Below, piece after piece: positions 10,175 to 23,421 of a stretch of DNA of 61,274 nt. Position 1 is the stretch's first letter. Each line of letters begins with the position of its first letter. The stretch spans positions 1 through 61,274 of the forward strand of contig JAPDJY010000012.1 in NCBI GenBank assembly GCA_029258835.1. The letters run 5' to 3'. Made by a program: the position numbers and the translations under genes. Origin of the DNA: Thermoproteota archaeon. GTDB lineage: Archaea; Asgardarchaeota; Jordiarchaeia; Jordiarchaeales; Freyrarchaeaceae. Under the pieces are notes generated by a model. That model was not told where the DNA came from, ran no database searches, and was given only the letters and a program-made list of their open reading frames with translations.

Positions 10175-10489
10175 TTGCCTAAGAAAAAGAAAATTCATGA
10201 TGTAGTTGAAATTAAAGATGTAAGGCTTCCTTCTGAGGGTGAAGTTTTAGGCGTTGTGGTGAAATTGGTTGGTAATGACCGCCTCCTAGTTAGCTGTATG
10301 GATGGAAAAACTAGGTTGGCGAGGATTAGAGGAAAGTTTAAGAAGAAGGTTTGGATAAAAAGCGGTGACGTCGTGCTGGTTTCCCCATGGGATTTTCAGG
10401 ATGAAAGGGCAGATGTTGTATGGAGGTATAGTGAGGGAGAAGCTAGATGGCTTAAAAATAAAGGTTACTTAAAGGGATTAGAAGTTTAA
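10175..10489 (+). CDS. eif1a: Translation initiation factor aIF-1A
   Basis: ARIRGKFKKKVWIKSGDVVLVSPWDFQ. Confidence 0.95.
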   Translation: MPKKKKIHDVVEIKDVRLPSEGEVLGVVVKLVGNDRLLVSCMDGKTRLARIRGKFKKKVWIKSGDVVLVSPWDFQDERADVVWRYSEGEARWLKNKGYLKGLEV

Positions 10490-13407
10490 CCCTTCTTCCC
10501 CAGCGTTCTCTGCAATACATACATAATTCTTCTGGCGAAAGATGGTTTCACGTAATTGAGTACTGTGAGCATGCTTGTTAACGCGAGAAACAGTATGGAC
10601 ACGTGGACATTTATACTATTCATCTTTGCGTATCTCGCGGTGAACGCTGCAAGATTTACTGTTAAGAAGCTGGTTGAACTAGGTGTTTCCGGCGGGGATA
10701 TATTTACGATGATACATTTAGGTTGCATGACATGTCCTTCATTATCGGTCGCTGTTACCGTCAAGTTCAGCTTTCCAGGACCTCGTGGCGTTATTGACGA
10801 CGTGTAGAATCCTGTATTGCTGTTATAACTTACTTCCTGCACTGTCCCGTTTACCATTAAATTAACCGTTCCATTGAACTCTTTTGAATCTAAAGAGGGA
10901 GTATACCCCACCCATATGCTTACCGTGTACGTTCTACCTGAAGTCCAGTTCTCCTGGGTTGGAATTATGAAGTACGCCGTGAGCTCGTAGACGTAGAAGA
11001 TATACGTTCTTCCACTAGTGAAGTTTCTGCTGTAACTTGCTGCCTCGCTTTCGGTGGACGCCTTTAAAATATACTTGCCAGTGGCATAAGGCGTGAATGA
11101 GAAAGAGAAGTTATACGTTGGTGAGGGTGAACCAGAGAAATAGTTGGCTGTGCCATTAGGGTAAATTACTGTTACGTTTACGTTGTCTGGAAGGTCTAGG
11201 AGGTTCCCCACGGTGACGTTGAGTTTTTCCCCTACGTATCCAAAGCCGTGTGTCACGTTGAGCTCTGGCAGAAGCGTTACGTTTAACTCTAACTTGTCCC
11301 CGTCGCCGAGCTCACCTATACTCTCGTTTTTTAGTATGATAAGCTCTCGTGCGCTCTCGTTCACAGCCCTGTCAAGCCAGTTTTGCTCGTCGCTTCCATT
11401 AACCTCAACTTTTTTAACTGTATAGTCTGCGGGATAGATGAGTGAGAAGCACTCCTGCTCGAAGGAGACCTCGGTTCCATTATGCGTATAGTCGTACTCT
11501 ATGCTTGCCCCACTTATAGTGGGGCTCCCATGGAAGCTCAGCTTTGCAAACGCGAACACTGTGAGGTTCTCGCTAACCCAGTTGCTTCCATCGTTGAGCT
11601 TAACCACTAAGTGCACTTTCCCCTCGGTTTTATTGTATCCTATGCTGCTCCCGCTATAGGTTACAGTGTACCCTCCTCCAATCATGCTTGTGATCATGGT
11701 GTCATTAATATAAAGGCTATAACTGCTGAGGTTCCCCGTGTAGTTAACGTACCTAGCGGTGCAGTTCACGTCATAAGTCTGGGCTGCAATGGCGGATACG
11801 GGAACCGTCACCTCCCCGCTGCTTGGAACGATTAGCCACACGCTTCCATTCCACGTCCCATCCTTCCTCAATAGGGCGCCATCAACCGTAACCATCAACT
11901 CCTTAAGAACATCCCACTCCGGATAGTCTGGGGCGATTTTCATGCAGTGCCAGTAACGGTTACCGTAAGGATCCCTTACATCCGTAACCCAGCTTTCACC
12001 CTTGTTCAAAGTCCACAGCTCGTATCCCTCATCGGGCGGCCCCTCGTTTAACCCTTCAACGTGGCTCCCCCAGTCATAGTACCCAGAAGAAGGCTGCCAT
12101 CCATCCGTGTGAAGCACCAGAAAGTACCTTCCTGGACTTAGCTGAACCGTAAAGTTGATGGTTATCCAGGAGTAGCTTGCCCCGACGCTTGTGCGTGAGA
12201 TCTTCACGCTTCGCAGGACCTCGCTCCCCGGCACCCAGCGTCCATCAATCAGCGTCGCATTTCGAAGCTCCGCAACCAAGTCCACCTCAGCTCCAAAGTT
12301 TGCAACTGGTATGGATATGTTAACACCATCCGCCATCCTTCCCAAGAGGAACATCTGTGCTTCCCCCATCGACCCGGCACAGCGGGCATACCCGCCACTA
12401 TTCATTTCACCCTCTAAAACGTGCCATACCGCCTCTGGCCTCACGTTTCCGAAGGAGAAATTAGCGGAGTACACCCTGTCCCCGCTAACGTTAAAGGCGA
12501 AGCTCCCATTTTGCCCGGTTAACTCGTAGCTCACACTACCCAAAGAAGTGTCATTGGCTATGTCGACCGTCAGGGAGTCAAGCTCCCAGCCCACTGGAAA
12601 CTCAAAGGAGAGCGCACCCTGATACACCATGAGAGTAACGTTCATCCAACAATCGTAGCCATCACTAGAATCCCACATGGAAGTATCGTTAAGGTCGTCC
12701 AAGCTAGTGTAATTGTTAAAGCTGACAATACCCGAATTGGCGCCCTCCTCATCGGGCGTTGCGTTCCAAACGTACCAGGAAGTGTCAGAAGGCTCGTTCA
12801 TGAAGAGGACAATGAAAAAGACGCCTTCATACGTCTCGCTCACGTTCAACGTGTAAGGTGATTCGTTCAGCAGGGTAACCCACCCGGGAGTAGTGGAGAA
12901 ATTACCATATGAATACCACTTTTGGAGCAATGTTGCATTAGGTACAAGCTGACCGTCATATAATGTTGCGTTCCTTAACTGGACGGTCAAATTAATGTGG
13001 TCCGCTCCGTTCCTCCACACGTACAGCTTAACGCCGGTAAAATCGATTTTCACGTCTCCCAAACTGGGAACGTTAAAAGACATCGCCACGGACTGGCTAA
13101 TGGTGGAATTTTGTGTAATATTAACTGTTTCCGGGTTTGTAAAATTGTCTTCGAGAACCAGCTCCATTGTTTCGTTGGTGAAAAACCATGAATGGTTAAT
13201 CCAGTAACCGGAGAGAGTCAGCTCGGGGTTCATGGTTCCTTCATTTTTTAATTTTACCATTTCACCGTTGCGGCCTTCTTGAAGCGGGAAAAATAAGCCA
13301 TTACCGCTTGACAGCGTTAAGTAAAGGATGGCTGTAAACATCATAACACAAATTAACCCTGCAACCAGCACCTTCAAACCTTTCAACGGAGAACATCCCC
13401 TACTCAT
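10486..13407 (-). CDS. Large secreted, membrane-anchored beta-rich surface glycoprotein
   Basis: N-terminal hydrophobic signal, many N-x-S/T sequons, internal repeat (QLRNATL..G..VP / ELRNATL..G..VP), C-terminal TM plus basic tail. Confidence 0.75.
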   Translation of the reverse strand: MSRGCSPLKGLKVLVAGLICVMMFTAILYLTLSSGNGLFFPLQEGRNGEMVKLKNEGTMNPELTLSGYWINHSWFFTNETMELVLEDNFTNPETVNITQNSTISQSVAMSFNVPSLGDVKIDFTGVKLYVWRNGADHINLTVQLRNATLYDGQLVPNATLLQKWYSYGNFSTTPGWVTLLNESPYTLNVSETYEGVFFIVLFMNEPSDTSWYVWNATPDEEGANSGIVSFNNYTSLDDLNDTSMWDSSDGYDCWMNVTLMVYQGALSFEFPVGWELDSLTVDIANDTSLGSVSYELTGQNGSFAFNVSGDRVYSANFSFGNVRPEAVWHVLEGEMNSGGYARCAGSMGEAQMFLLGRMADGVNISIPVANFGAEVDLVAELRNATLIDGRWVPGSEVLRSVKISRTSVGASYSWITINFTVQLSPGRYFLVLHTDGWQPSSGYYDWGSHVEGLNEGPPDEGYELWTLNKGESWVTDVRDPYGNRYWHCMKIAPDYPEWDVLKELMVTVDGALLRKDGTWNGSVWLIVPSSGEVTVPVSAIAAQTYDVNCTARYVNYTGNLSSYSLYINDTMITSMIGGGYTVTYSGSSIGYNKTEGKVHLVVKLNDGSNWVSENLTVFAFAKLSFHGSPTISGASIEYDYTHNGTEVSFEQECFSLIYPADYTVKKVEVNGSDEQNWLDRAVNESARELIILKNESIGELGDGDKLELNVTLLPELNVTHGFGYVGEKLNVTVGNLLDLPDNVNVTVIYPNGTANYFSGSPSPTYNFSFSFTPYATGKYILKASTESEAASYSRNFTSGRTYIFYVYELTAYFIIPTQENWTSGRTYTVSIWVGYTPSLDSKEFNGTVNLMVNGTVQEVSYNSNTGFYTSSITPRGPGKLNLTVTATDNEGHVMQPKCIIVNISPPETPSSTSFLTVNLAAFTARYAKMNSINVHVSILFLALTSMLTVLNYVKPSFARRIMYVLQRTLGKKG

Positions 13408-13603
13408 CCTAACCCTCTATAAGACGCAAGAGACCATTAAAAATTTAACTTCTCCCCAGATAAAAACGAAGCCACCTCCGCACGACGCCCGGTTAGAGAA
13501 TGGGGACAATCAGAAGGAAGCAGAATTTATAGGTTGCTTCTTCAAAACCCAAGGTATGTTCCTCCCATAACTCTGTTTCTTCCGAAAAAAATATATCCCC
13601 TGC

Positions 13604-13620
13604 AAACCGAAACCTTTATC
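13604..13620 (+). promoter_or_regulatory. Putative BRE/TATA promoter of the stand-alone 23S gene
   Basis: AAACCGAAACCTTTATC upstream of a structured leader. Confidence 0.45.
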
Positions 13621-13722
13621 TGGAAGCGTTACATCCCCATATTCTGCCTAATGTTTAATGAAGATGCAACCTGGGATGAAACTGGCGTCCTAGGTGAAGA
13701 GCGCAGTGGGGAAACCCACGAT

Positions 13723-16889
<3,167 letters not shown>

Positions 16890-16928
16890 CTTAAGGATTT
16901 TATTTTCCTGTTTGTTTTTTGAGAGGAT

Positions 16929-17657
16929 TTAGAGGCTCTCTAAGAGTAGTTGGATTACTGTTGATGCTTGCATGCTTGTTATCGGTGGGAGGAAGGTTGA
17001 TGCCAAGAGGAACACTGCCATGATTGCTACTGGTGGTATTAGTGTTATGCTGCGGGGATTTATGGTTGTTGAGCGTGCGATCAGGTAAGCTGCTAGCGTA
17101 TTGGATATGGAGAGCACGGCTGCTATGGGCCAGCTCTGCTCTGGTGCTGGCAGGTAAGCTCCTAATGTTGCTAGTCCGGTTAATGCGAGTTTCAGGTATG
17201 GGAGTAGTGCTGCTAGTGCTCCTTGAACTCCTGAAGCGGATGCTACGAGTATTTTGACCTTTAATTCCTGCGCTTTCAGTTGCCTTATTCTTTCCCTAAC
17301 TGTTTTTATTTCCTCCATTTCTTCTTGGATTACCTCTTCTAGCATTTCTCCTGCTCTTTTAGAGTCCTTTCTTACCGCAAGGTTAAGCATTTGGAGGATT
17401 ACTTTAATGCGTACGCTCTTAACGTTTTTAGCCAGCATTTTTATTGCTTTGCTAAAGGGCAGCGTTTGTGTAAGTATTTTGTCCTTAATCCTTGTTACGG
17501 TTCCCTCTAGTGGTCCTTTGTAGCTTAGAGTTGCTTTCCTGAAGGCTTCTTCAGGGCTTAACCCTGATTTTAACCCGTCACTTAGCAGTAAGAGAAAAAC
17601 AAGTACTTCTTGAAGTTCTTCTACTTTTTCCTCCATCTCCTCCTTTAGGGCTACCAT
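16929..17657 (-). CDS. Type II secretion F / TadC-like membrane platform protein
   Basis: LSDGLKSGLSPEEAF helical T2SSF pattern followed by TM helices. Confidence 0.6.
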   Translation of the reverse strand: MVALKEEMEEKVEELQEVLVFLLLLSDGLKSGLSPEEAFRKATLSYKGPLEGTVTRIKDKILTQTLPFSKAIKMLAKNVKSVRIKVILQMLNLAVRKDSKRAGEMLEEVIQEEMEEIKTVRERIRQLKAQELKVKILVASASGVQGALAALLPYLKLALTGLATLGAYLPAPEQSWPIAAVLSISNTLAAYLIARSTTINPRSITLIPPVAIMAVFLLASTFLPPITSMQASTVIQLLLESL

Positions 17658-17968
17658 TCTGCCTTCCCTACTTGCGGTGGCTTCTCGTGACCGTATGGCT
17701 CCTTCCAGACTTCAACTAGCCTTTTTATTGCTAGTGCCTTCACGTTTTCAGACTTAAACCTGAAAATTCTGATCCTTCCAAAGTTTTTCTCTTGGACGAG
17801 GCCGGCCTCCTTAAGGGCTTGAAGGTGCCTGCTTGTAGTTTTATAGTTTAACCCGGATCTCCGGGCTATTTCTGAAATGTTCAACTCCCCAGCTTCTGCT
17901 AAAACCTCTATTATTCTGATTCTTCCCTTTGATGATAGCACTTCTCCAAGCGCGCCGTCTTCCCTCAA
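17651..17968 (-). CDS. ArsR-like winged-helix transcriptional regulator
   Basis: LSSKGRIRII..L...GELNISEIARR.GLNY.TT.RHL..L..AGLV. Confidence 0.85.
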   Translation of the reverse strand: MREDGALGEVLSSKGRIRIIEVLAEAGELNISEIARRSGLNYKTTSRHLQALKEAGLVQEKNFGRIRIFRFKSENVKALAIKRLVEVWKEPYGHEKPPQVGKAEW

Positions 17969-17984
17969 AAGCCGTCCTCCATTT

Positions 17985-19079
17985 TTAACTTGCCAGTTCG
18001 ACTATTGTAGTCCTCCCCTTCCTTCCCCTATTAGCCACCTTTACCCTAACTATTCCTTTCTTGCTGAGCTCGTTTATATGCCTCCAGAACTGTGTCCGCC
18101 CTAAGGACCGCTTTCCCATAAGCATACATTTCCTACTGTAAGCATGGAATAGTTCTCCCATGGTAGCGTTGCCCTTTTCCCCTAGGACTTCAAGGACAGC
18201 CTTTAAGATCAGTTTCCTGTTAAGTTTTCTTTCCACTTTAGGCAGGCCTATCTCTTCTTTTTTCTTTCTACAGATAGCTTTCTCAACATGTCTACGAAGT
18301 ATTTGACTGCTCCCTTCCTCCTCCGCGTATCCTACGGCTTCCATCAGGATCTTAAACGCCTCATGTACGCCTCCCGCTTCAGCAGCCTCCCTTGCCAGTA
18401 TTTTTAGGGCCTCCTCGCTCACGCACCCTTTATAGAAAGCCTTCACGATGGCTTCTTTAATAATAATCAAAAGTTGACTATAAGAGTATCCTTCTAGGCG
18501 GGTCACCCCAAAACTTAACGGGTGCATGTTTTCGGTGACCCTCCTCACCACCTCAGCGCTTCTCGTAGTCATAACAATGTATAGTCCCTGCCCGTTTCTT
18601 AACCTATCTTTCATCTTTGAGAGGTTCACTATAAGCTTCATGCCGTTTTTCGTTGAAGCCCACCAGTCGATGTCGTCTAAGATTATTAGGGCGCTTTTTC
18701 CGTTAATAGCGTCCAAAAACACCTCGAAGAGTTCGGTCATCGAAATCCCTCTTCGTGGTATGGAGGGAATGATGCTACGTATTATCCCACACATTACATT
18801 GTATGCGCTGCTTTCCATTCTACTGTTAAAGTAGACTTGAACTGAATCCTTGCTCTTTTCCAGAACGCTGAAAACCCTTTTCGAGATAGCCGTCTTCCCC
18901 ACCCCTGCCTCACCGAATAGTAATCTGCAGAAAAAACCTCCCTCGGCTAAAACATGCTTTGCCTCGGTGATTATCTGCTCTAAGACCTTCTCTCTAAACC
19001 ATAAGCTGCCGTTTAAAGCGTGCGGACTTAAACACCATGGATCCTTAACCAGAAAATAACTGGTATAGCATTGCTTCAT
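17985..19079 (-). CDS. cdc6: Divergent Cdc6/Orc1-family AAA+ ATPase with C-terminal winged helix
   Basis: Walker A GEAGVGKT, Walker B IILDDID, YSYSQLLIII, wHTH ending GRKGRTT. Confidence 0.8.
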   Translation of the reverse strand: MKQCYTSYFLVKDPWCLSPHALNGSLWFREKVLEQIITEAKHVLAEGGFFCRLLFGEAGVGKTAISKRVFSVLEKSKDSVQVYFNSRMESSAYNVMCGIIRSIIPSIPRRGISMTELFEVFLDAINGKSALIILDDIDWWASTKNGMKLIVNLSKMKDRLRNGQGLYIVMTTRSAEVVRRVTENMHPLSFGVTRLEGYSYSQLLIIIKEAIVKAFYKGCVSEEALKILAREAAEAGGVHEAFKILMEAVGYAEEEGSSQILRRHVEKAICRKKKEEIGLPKVERKLNRKLILKAVLEVLGEKGNATMGELFHAYSRKCMLMGKRSLGRTQFWRHINELSKKGIVRVKVANRGRKGRTTIVELAS

Positions 19080-19188
19080 CGTTAAACCTCCCTTGCAACT
19101 CTAAACTTGTTTAGTACTTATTTTTCCGAGCCTAAAAGATAAATAGGCTTAAGTGTCCTAGACTTCCAGTATTTCCAGTATTCTCCCG

Positions 19189-20550
19189 ATGAACCCTTTA
19201 ACCAGGAAGGAATGCATCTCCTCGGTTAAAGACTTCTCAGTGATGATGGTGAATCCCATGAAAATAAGATCTTTTAATCGTCTTGATAAAACGGAACTTC
19301 ATGGAATATTAAGCAGACGGGGAAACAGCCTTAAAAACGTTATGAGAAGGGTGGAAAGAATAGTAGAAGCAGTCCGGGTGCAGGGTGATAAGGCAGTCAT
19401 TCGCTACACGGAAAAATATGATGGGGTAACGCTCTCCCCTTCCACTATAAGAGTTAAAGAGAGAGAGATAATGGAAGCCTACGAGAAAGTTCCAGAAAAA
19501 TTTATAACCGCAATAAGGACAGCAGCTGAGAACATAGAAGCATACCATAAGAGGCAGCTGGCAACTTTTACCTTTAGCCCTGCTCCGGGCATCATTCTAA
19601 AGCAGGTTTTCCGTCCAGTCGAGTGTGCAGGAATATATGTCCCCGGGGGGCGTGCAGCGTACCCTTCAACCGTTTTAATGACCGCTATACCGGCGCGGAT
19701 AGCAGGAGTTAGGAGAATAGTTGCATGCACCCCTCCCAGCAGAAACGGTAGTGTTACACCTGCTATTTTGGTTGCTTGCAAGGAGGCGGGAGTCACCGAC
19801 ATTTTTAGGATAGGCGGCGCCCAAGCAATAGCAGCCATGGCGTACGGAACCGGCACGGTGCCGAAGGTAGACGTTATAGTAGGGCCAGGAAACATTTACG
19901 TTACCGCAGCTAAGCTGCTTGTAAGCTCAGACGTGAAGGTAGACTTGCCTGCAGGGCCAAGCGAGCTCTTAGTTTTGGCTGATAAAAGCTCTAACCCCCT
20001 CTTCGTAGCTGCAGACCTAGTTTCTCAGGCAGAACATGACCCCTCAGCAGCAGTAGTTTTAGTTACCACCTCAAGGAGTTTCGGTGAGAGAGTGGTGAAG
20101 CTGGCTTACAAGCTAGCCAGCAACTTACCAACCAAAGACACCATTGTTAGCGCTCTCAACAACGGATGGGTTATACTGGTGGAAAACTTGGACGAAGCGG
20201 TGAAGTTTATTAATCTATACGCTCCTGAACACCTTGAAATACAAGTGGAGAACGCCGAGTACGTTTTAGAGAAGGTCAGGAACGCCGGCGCTATATTCCT
20301 CGGAAAGTATTCCCCTGTAGCGGTAGGCGACTACGCTGCTGGATCCAATCATGTTCTACCAACCGGAGGATACGCTAAAGCTTACTCTGGGCTTTCGGTA
20401 GATTGCTTCGTTAAAAGAATAAGCGTTGTCAAGTGCACCCTCAGCGGGCTCAAGGAACTCTCTGAAGTCGTATCTACCTTAGCTGAGCTCGAAGGGCTCC
20501 CTGCCCATGCAGAATCCGTCCGGGTGAGACTTAGCAATGAAAAATGTTAG
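19189..20550 (+). CDS. hisD: Histidinol dehydrogenase
   Basis: GIYVPGG, GPGNIYVTAAK, AGPSE, QAEHDP, APEHLE, GDYAAGSNHVLPT; true start may be about 19258. Confidence 0.96.
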   Translation: MNPLTRKECISSVKDFSVMMVNPMKIRSFNRLDKTELHGILSRRGNSLKNVMRRVERIVEAVRVQGDKAVIRYTEKYDGVTLSPSTIRVKEREIMEAYEKVPEKFITAIRTAAENIEAYHKRQLATFTFSPAPGIILKQVFRPVECAGIYVPGGRAAYPSTVLMTAIPARIAGVRRIVACTPPSRNGSVTPAILVACKEAGVTDIFRIGGAQAIAAMAYGTGTVPKVDVIVGPGNIYVTAAKLLVSSDVKVDLPAGPSELLVLADKSSNPLFVAADLVSQAEHDPSAAVVLVTTSRSFGERVVKLAYKLASNLPTKDTIVSALNNGWVILVENLDEAVKFINLYAPEHLEIQVENAEYVLEKVRNAGAIFLGKYSPVAVGDYAAGSNHVLPTGGYAKAYSGLSVDCFVKRISVVKCTLSGLKELSEVVSTLAELEGLPAHAESVRVRLSNEKC

Positions 20551-21646
20551 GCGTATCCTGATGAACCTTAAGCCATATCGTGGGGAGACGTCAAGAGTAG
20601 AATTAGCCAGGTTGCTTGGAGTACCACCAGACTACATTCTACCTCTCCATGCAAACGAAAACCTCTTCATAGATGAGGAATGGGTAAAGGAGAACATAGT
20701 TGAAGCTCTGAAAAGAATCGACCCCAGAATGTATCCTGACCCGCAAAATGTAGAGGTTTGTGAGGTGCTGGCTCAGCATTATGGTGTGCACAAGGAAGAA
20801 GTTGTCATTGGAAACGGGGCGGATGAACTAATTGACGGCATTTCACGCTGCTTCATAGAGAACGGCGACACCGTCGTCACCCTTGACCCCACATTCCAAG
20901 TCTACGAGCTCTCTGCAACCCTCTACGGAGGAGTACACAAAAGTGTTCTCTTAAGAGGGGACTTCTCCATAGACACCGAACACCTTTTAAACGTGGTAGG
21001 AGACGCCAAGCTAATTTATATTTGCTCTCCAAACAATCCAACGGGAAATCAACACGAGGAATCGGTGATTAGGGAAGTGCTGGAAAACACGAACTCAATA
21101 ATTGTTTTGGACGAGGCGTATGTGGAATTCGCCGACAAGTCACTAAGTGGTTTAATTCATGAATATGAAAACCTGATCGTGCTACGGACATTTTCCAAAG
21201 CCTTCGGGATTGCAGGGTTAAGGTTTGGCGTGGCTCTCTCAAACCCTGAAAGCGCCGACTTCATGAGGCGTGTCCTCCAGCCGTACAATGTAAACAGCAT
21301 AGCGCAATACACGGTCCTGTCTCTTCTAGACAATTGGGAGTACGTTGCAGGAAAAATAGAGGAAGTTAAAAGGGAACGGGAGAGACTGCGGAGAGATCTC
21401 TCACGGATAGAGGGGATTAGAGTTTACCCGTCTAAAGCAAACTTTCTTCTGGTTAGAGTCATTAGAGAAGACATAGACGCAACAACCGTTCAGGGAAAAC
21501 TAATGGAAAAAGGCATATTGGTGCGAGACAGAAGCAACCTCCCACTCCTAGGTAATTGCCTGAGAATAACTGTTTGCCCTAAGCCCATGTCTGAGAGGTT
21601 AATTTTAGCGCTTAAAGAAGTGCTTTCTGGTGAAAACGAACTATGA
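20537..21646 (+). CDS. hisC: Histidinol-phosphate aminotransferase
   Basis: GNGADELI, SPNNPTG, DEAYVEF, RTFSKAFGIAGLR. Confidence 0.95.
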   Translation: MKNVRRILMNLKPYRGETSRVELARLLGVPPDYILPLHANENLFIDEEWVKENIVEALKRIDPRMYPDPQNVEVCEVLAQHYGVHKEEVVIGNGADELIDGISRCFIENGDTVVTLDPTFQVYELSATLYGGVHKSVLLRGDFSIDTEHLLNVVGDAKLIYICSPNNPTGNQHEESVIREVLENTNSIIVLDEAYVEFADKSLSGLIHEYENLIVLRTFSKAFGIAGLRFGVALSNPESADFMRRVLQPYNVNSIAQYTVLSLLDNWEYVAGKIEEVKRERERLRRDLSRIEGIRVYPSKANFLLVRVIREDIDATTVQGKLMEKGILVRDRSNLPLLGNCLRITVCPKPMSERLILALKEVLSGENEL

Positions 21647-22842
21647 CGTACCTATATGAAAAAGTCTCCACTTCGCAGGGTTTTTCCCTTATCAGGAAGG
21701 ATCGAGTGTTCCTCGTGAGAAAGCTTGAAGGATTGATTTTTGACTGTGACGGGGTAATATTTGATGTTTCAGAGTCGTTCAGGTCAGCCATAATGCTCAC
21801 CGTTAACTGGTTCTTCAACGTTGTCATGGGGTTTAGCGTGGACGAGCTTGCCAAACCAGACCATATACAGCTACTTAAGGACTCAGGAGGATTTAACAAC
21901 GACTGGGAGTTAACGTATGCATTAGTCCTCTATTATCTCACAACGCTGATAATAGACGCCTTAACGAAGAGCGTCCACCTCAAACTGCCAAGTAGCTCCT
22001 CTGTAAGCACAATGAACGAAGCCTACTCCCTCTTCAGAGAACTTGGTAGGATGTTAAGGAAAAGAGGCGTACAACTTAAACCTGCAACCTCCTTGGAACT
22101 GGAGGAATACATTGAAGAAGCTGGGAATGGCGGCTTACGATCTGTTGAAGAGGTCTCAGCTAGAAGAGTCTCCGCCGCTACAGGCATAAGCACCAGTCAT
22201 GCTAAAGCGGTGCTAGATGCTTTATCCCCTTTTAAAGGAGACCTTTACGGCACGAACATAATTAAGCGGTACTTTGAAGAGTTATACTCTGGAAAAGACC
22301 TGTTCGTCCAAGTTTATAGGGTTCACCCCGTATTTCACCGTGGAGAAGGGTTGATAGAGAAAGAAAAACTAATAGTTAGACGTGAAGCTCTTGCAGGGCT
22401 GATTAGTTTCGGTTTTCCTCCAATAGGCATCGCCTCGGGAAGGTTGAGAAAGCAAACGCTTCCCATAATTGAAAGATATGGTGTTGAGCGTTTCTTCAAT
22501 TTGCCTGCTTCCACTTTCCTAGAGGAAGTAAAGGAAAAAGAGGAGGAGCTCTTGAGGGTGGGCGTCTCCGTTAAATTAGAGAAGCCTAATCCTTATTCTC
22601 TTCTTTCAACAGCCTCGAAAATGGGCATCCGGGAAGCGTTCGGTTATGTAGGTGACACCGTGTCCGATGTTTTAGCATCAATAAACGCCGAGAAGGAAAG
22701 CAAATATTCTGTTATGAGCATTGGGGTACTCTGCTCAACTGTTAATAAGGCGAGGACCATCGAGAAGTTTTTAGAGCTAGGTTGCGATATAATTGCACCC
22801 AGCCCGAACGAGCTGCCAGAAATACTTGCTGAGGTGTGTTAA
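21643..22842 (+). CDS. HAD-family hydrolase, candidate histidinol-phosphate phosphatase
   Basis: FDCDGV motif I, GGFNNDW, KPNP, YVGDTVSDV; located between hisC and a monofunctional hisB. Confidence 0.75.
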   Translation: MTYLYEKVSTSQGFSLIRKDRVFLVRKLEGLIFDCDGVIFDVSESFRSAIMLTVNWFFNVVMGFSVDELAKPDHIQLLKDSGGFNNDWELTYALVLYYLTTLIIDALTKSVHLKLPSSSSVSTMNEAYSLFRELGRMLRKRGVQLKPATSLELEEYIEEAGNGGLRSVEEVSARRVSAATGISTSHAKAVLDALSPFKGDLYGTNIIKRYFEELYSGKDLFVQVYRVHPVFHRGEGLIEKEKLIVRREALAGLISFGFPPIGIASGRLRKQTLPIIERYGVERFFNLPASTFLEEVKEKEEELLRVGVSVKLEKPNPYSLLSTASKMGIREAFGYVGDTVSDVLASINAEKESKYSVMSIGVLCSTVNKARTIEKFLELGCDIIAPSPNELPEILAEVC

Positions 22843-23421
22843 ATGAGAGAGGCCGCTGTTAGCAGGAAAACCGCTGAGACAAAGGTTAAAGTTAAAGTCA
22901 ATTTGGACGGAAGCGGCGTAGGGGAAGCAAAAACTGGAGTAAAGTTTCTAGATCACATGTTAAAGACGTTCTCTAAGCACTCCTTAATAGACGTTTCAAT
23001 AGAAGCCGAAGGTGATTTAAAGCATCATGTGATCGAAGATGTTGGAATAACGCTTGGCGAAGCTCTAAAGAAGGCGCTTGGAGACAAGAAAGGAATCTTC
23101 AGGTTTGGAAGCTGCGTCATCCCCATGGATGACGCATTAGTGGCTGTAGCTTTAGATTGCGGAGGACGTCCATATGCAAGTATAGACCTAAAGCTAGAGG
23201 GCAGCCAAGTCGAGGACATGGCGTCCCAGGAAGTAAAGCATTTCTTTGTCTCCCTAGCTAACTCTCTAGGGTTAAACCTGCACATTAACACGTTGTATGG
23301 AGAGAATGACCATCACAAGGTCGAAGCCGCCTTCAAGGCTGTTGCGGTAGCGTTAAGGCAAGCTGTTAGTATAGATCCTCGAAGAAAAGGCGAGGTTGCA
23401 AGCCTTAAGGAGATGCTTTAA
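22843..23421 (+). CDS. hisB: Imidazoleglycerol-phosphate dehydratase
   Basis: FLDHML, HHVIEDVGI, PMDDA, NDHHKVEA. Confidence 0.96.
   Translation: MREAAVSRKTAETKVKVKVNLDGSGVGEAKTGVKFLDHMLKTFSKHSLIDVSIEAEGDLKHHVIEDVGITLGEALKKALGDKKGIFRFGSCVIPMDDALVAVALDCGGRPYASIDLKLEGSQVEDMASQEVKHFFVSLANSLGLNLHINTLYGENDHHKVEAAFKAVAVALRQAVSIDPRRKGEVASLKEML

Noticed and set aside
19080-19200. Replication origin next to cdc6 (TTCCAGT twice)
   Set aside because: Only half-matches to the ORB consensus, no GGAAAC or G-string, short intergenic region, divergent Cdc6
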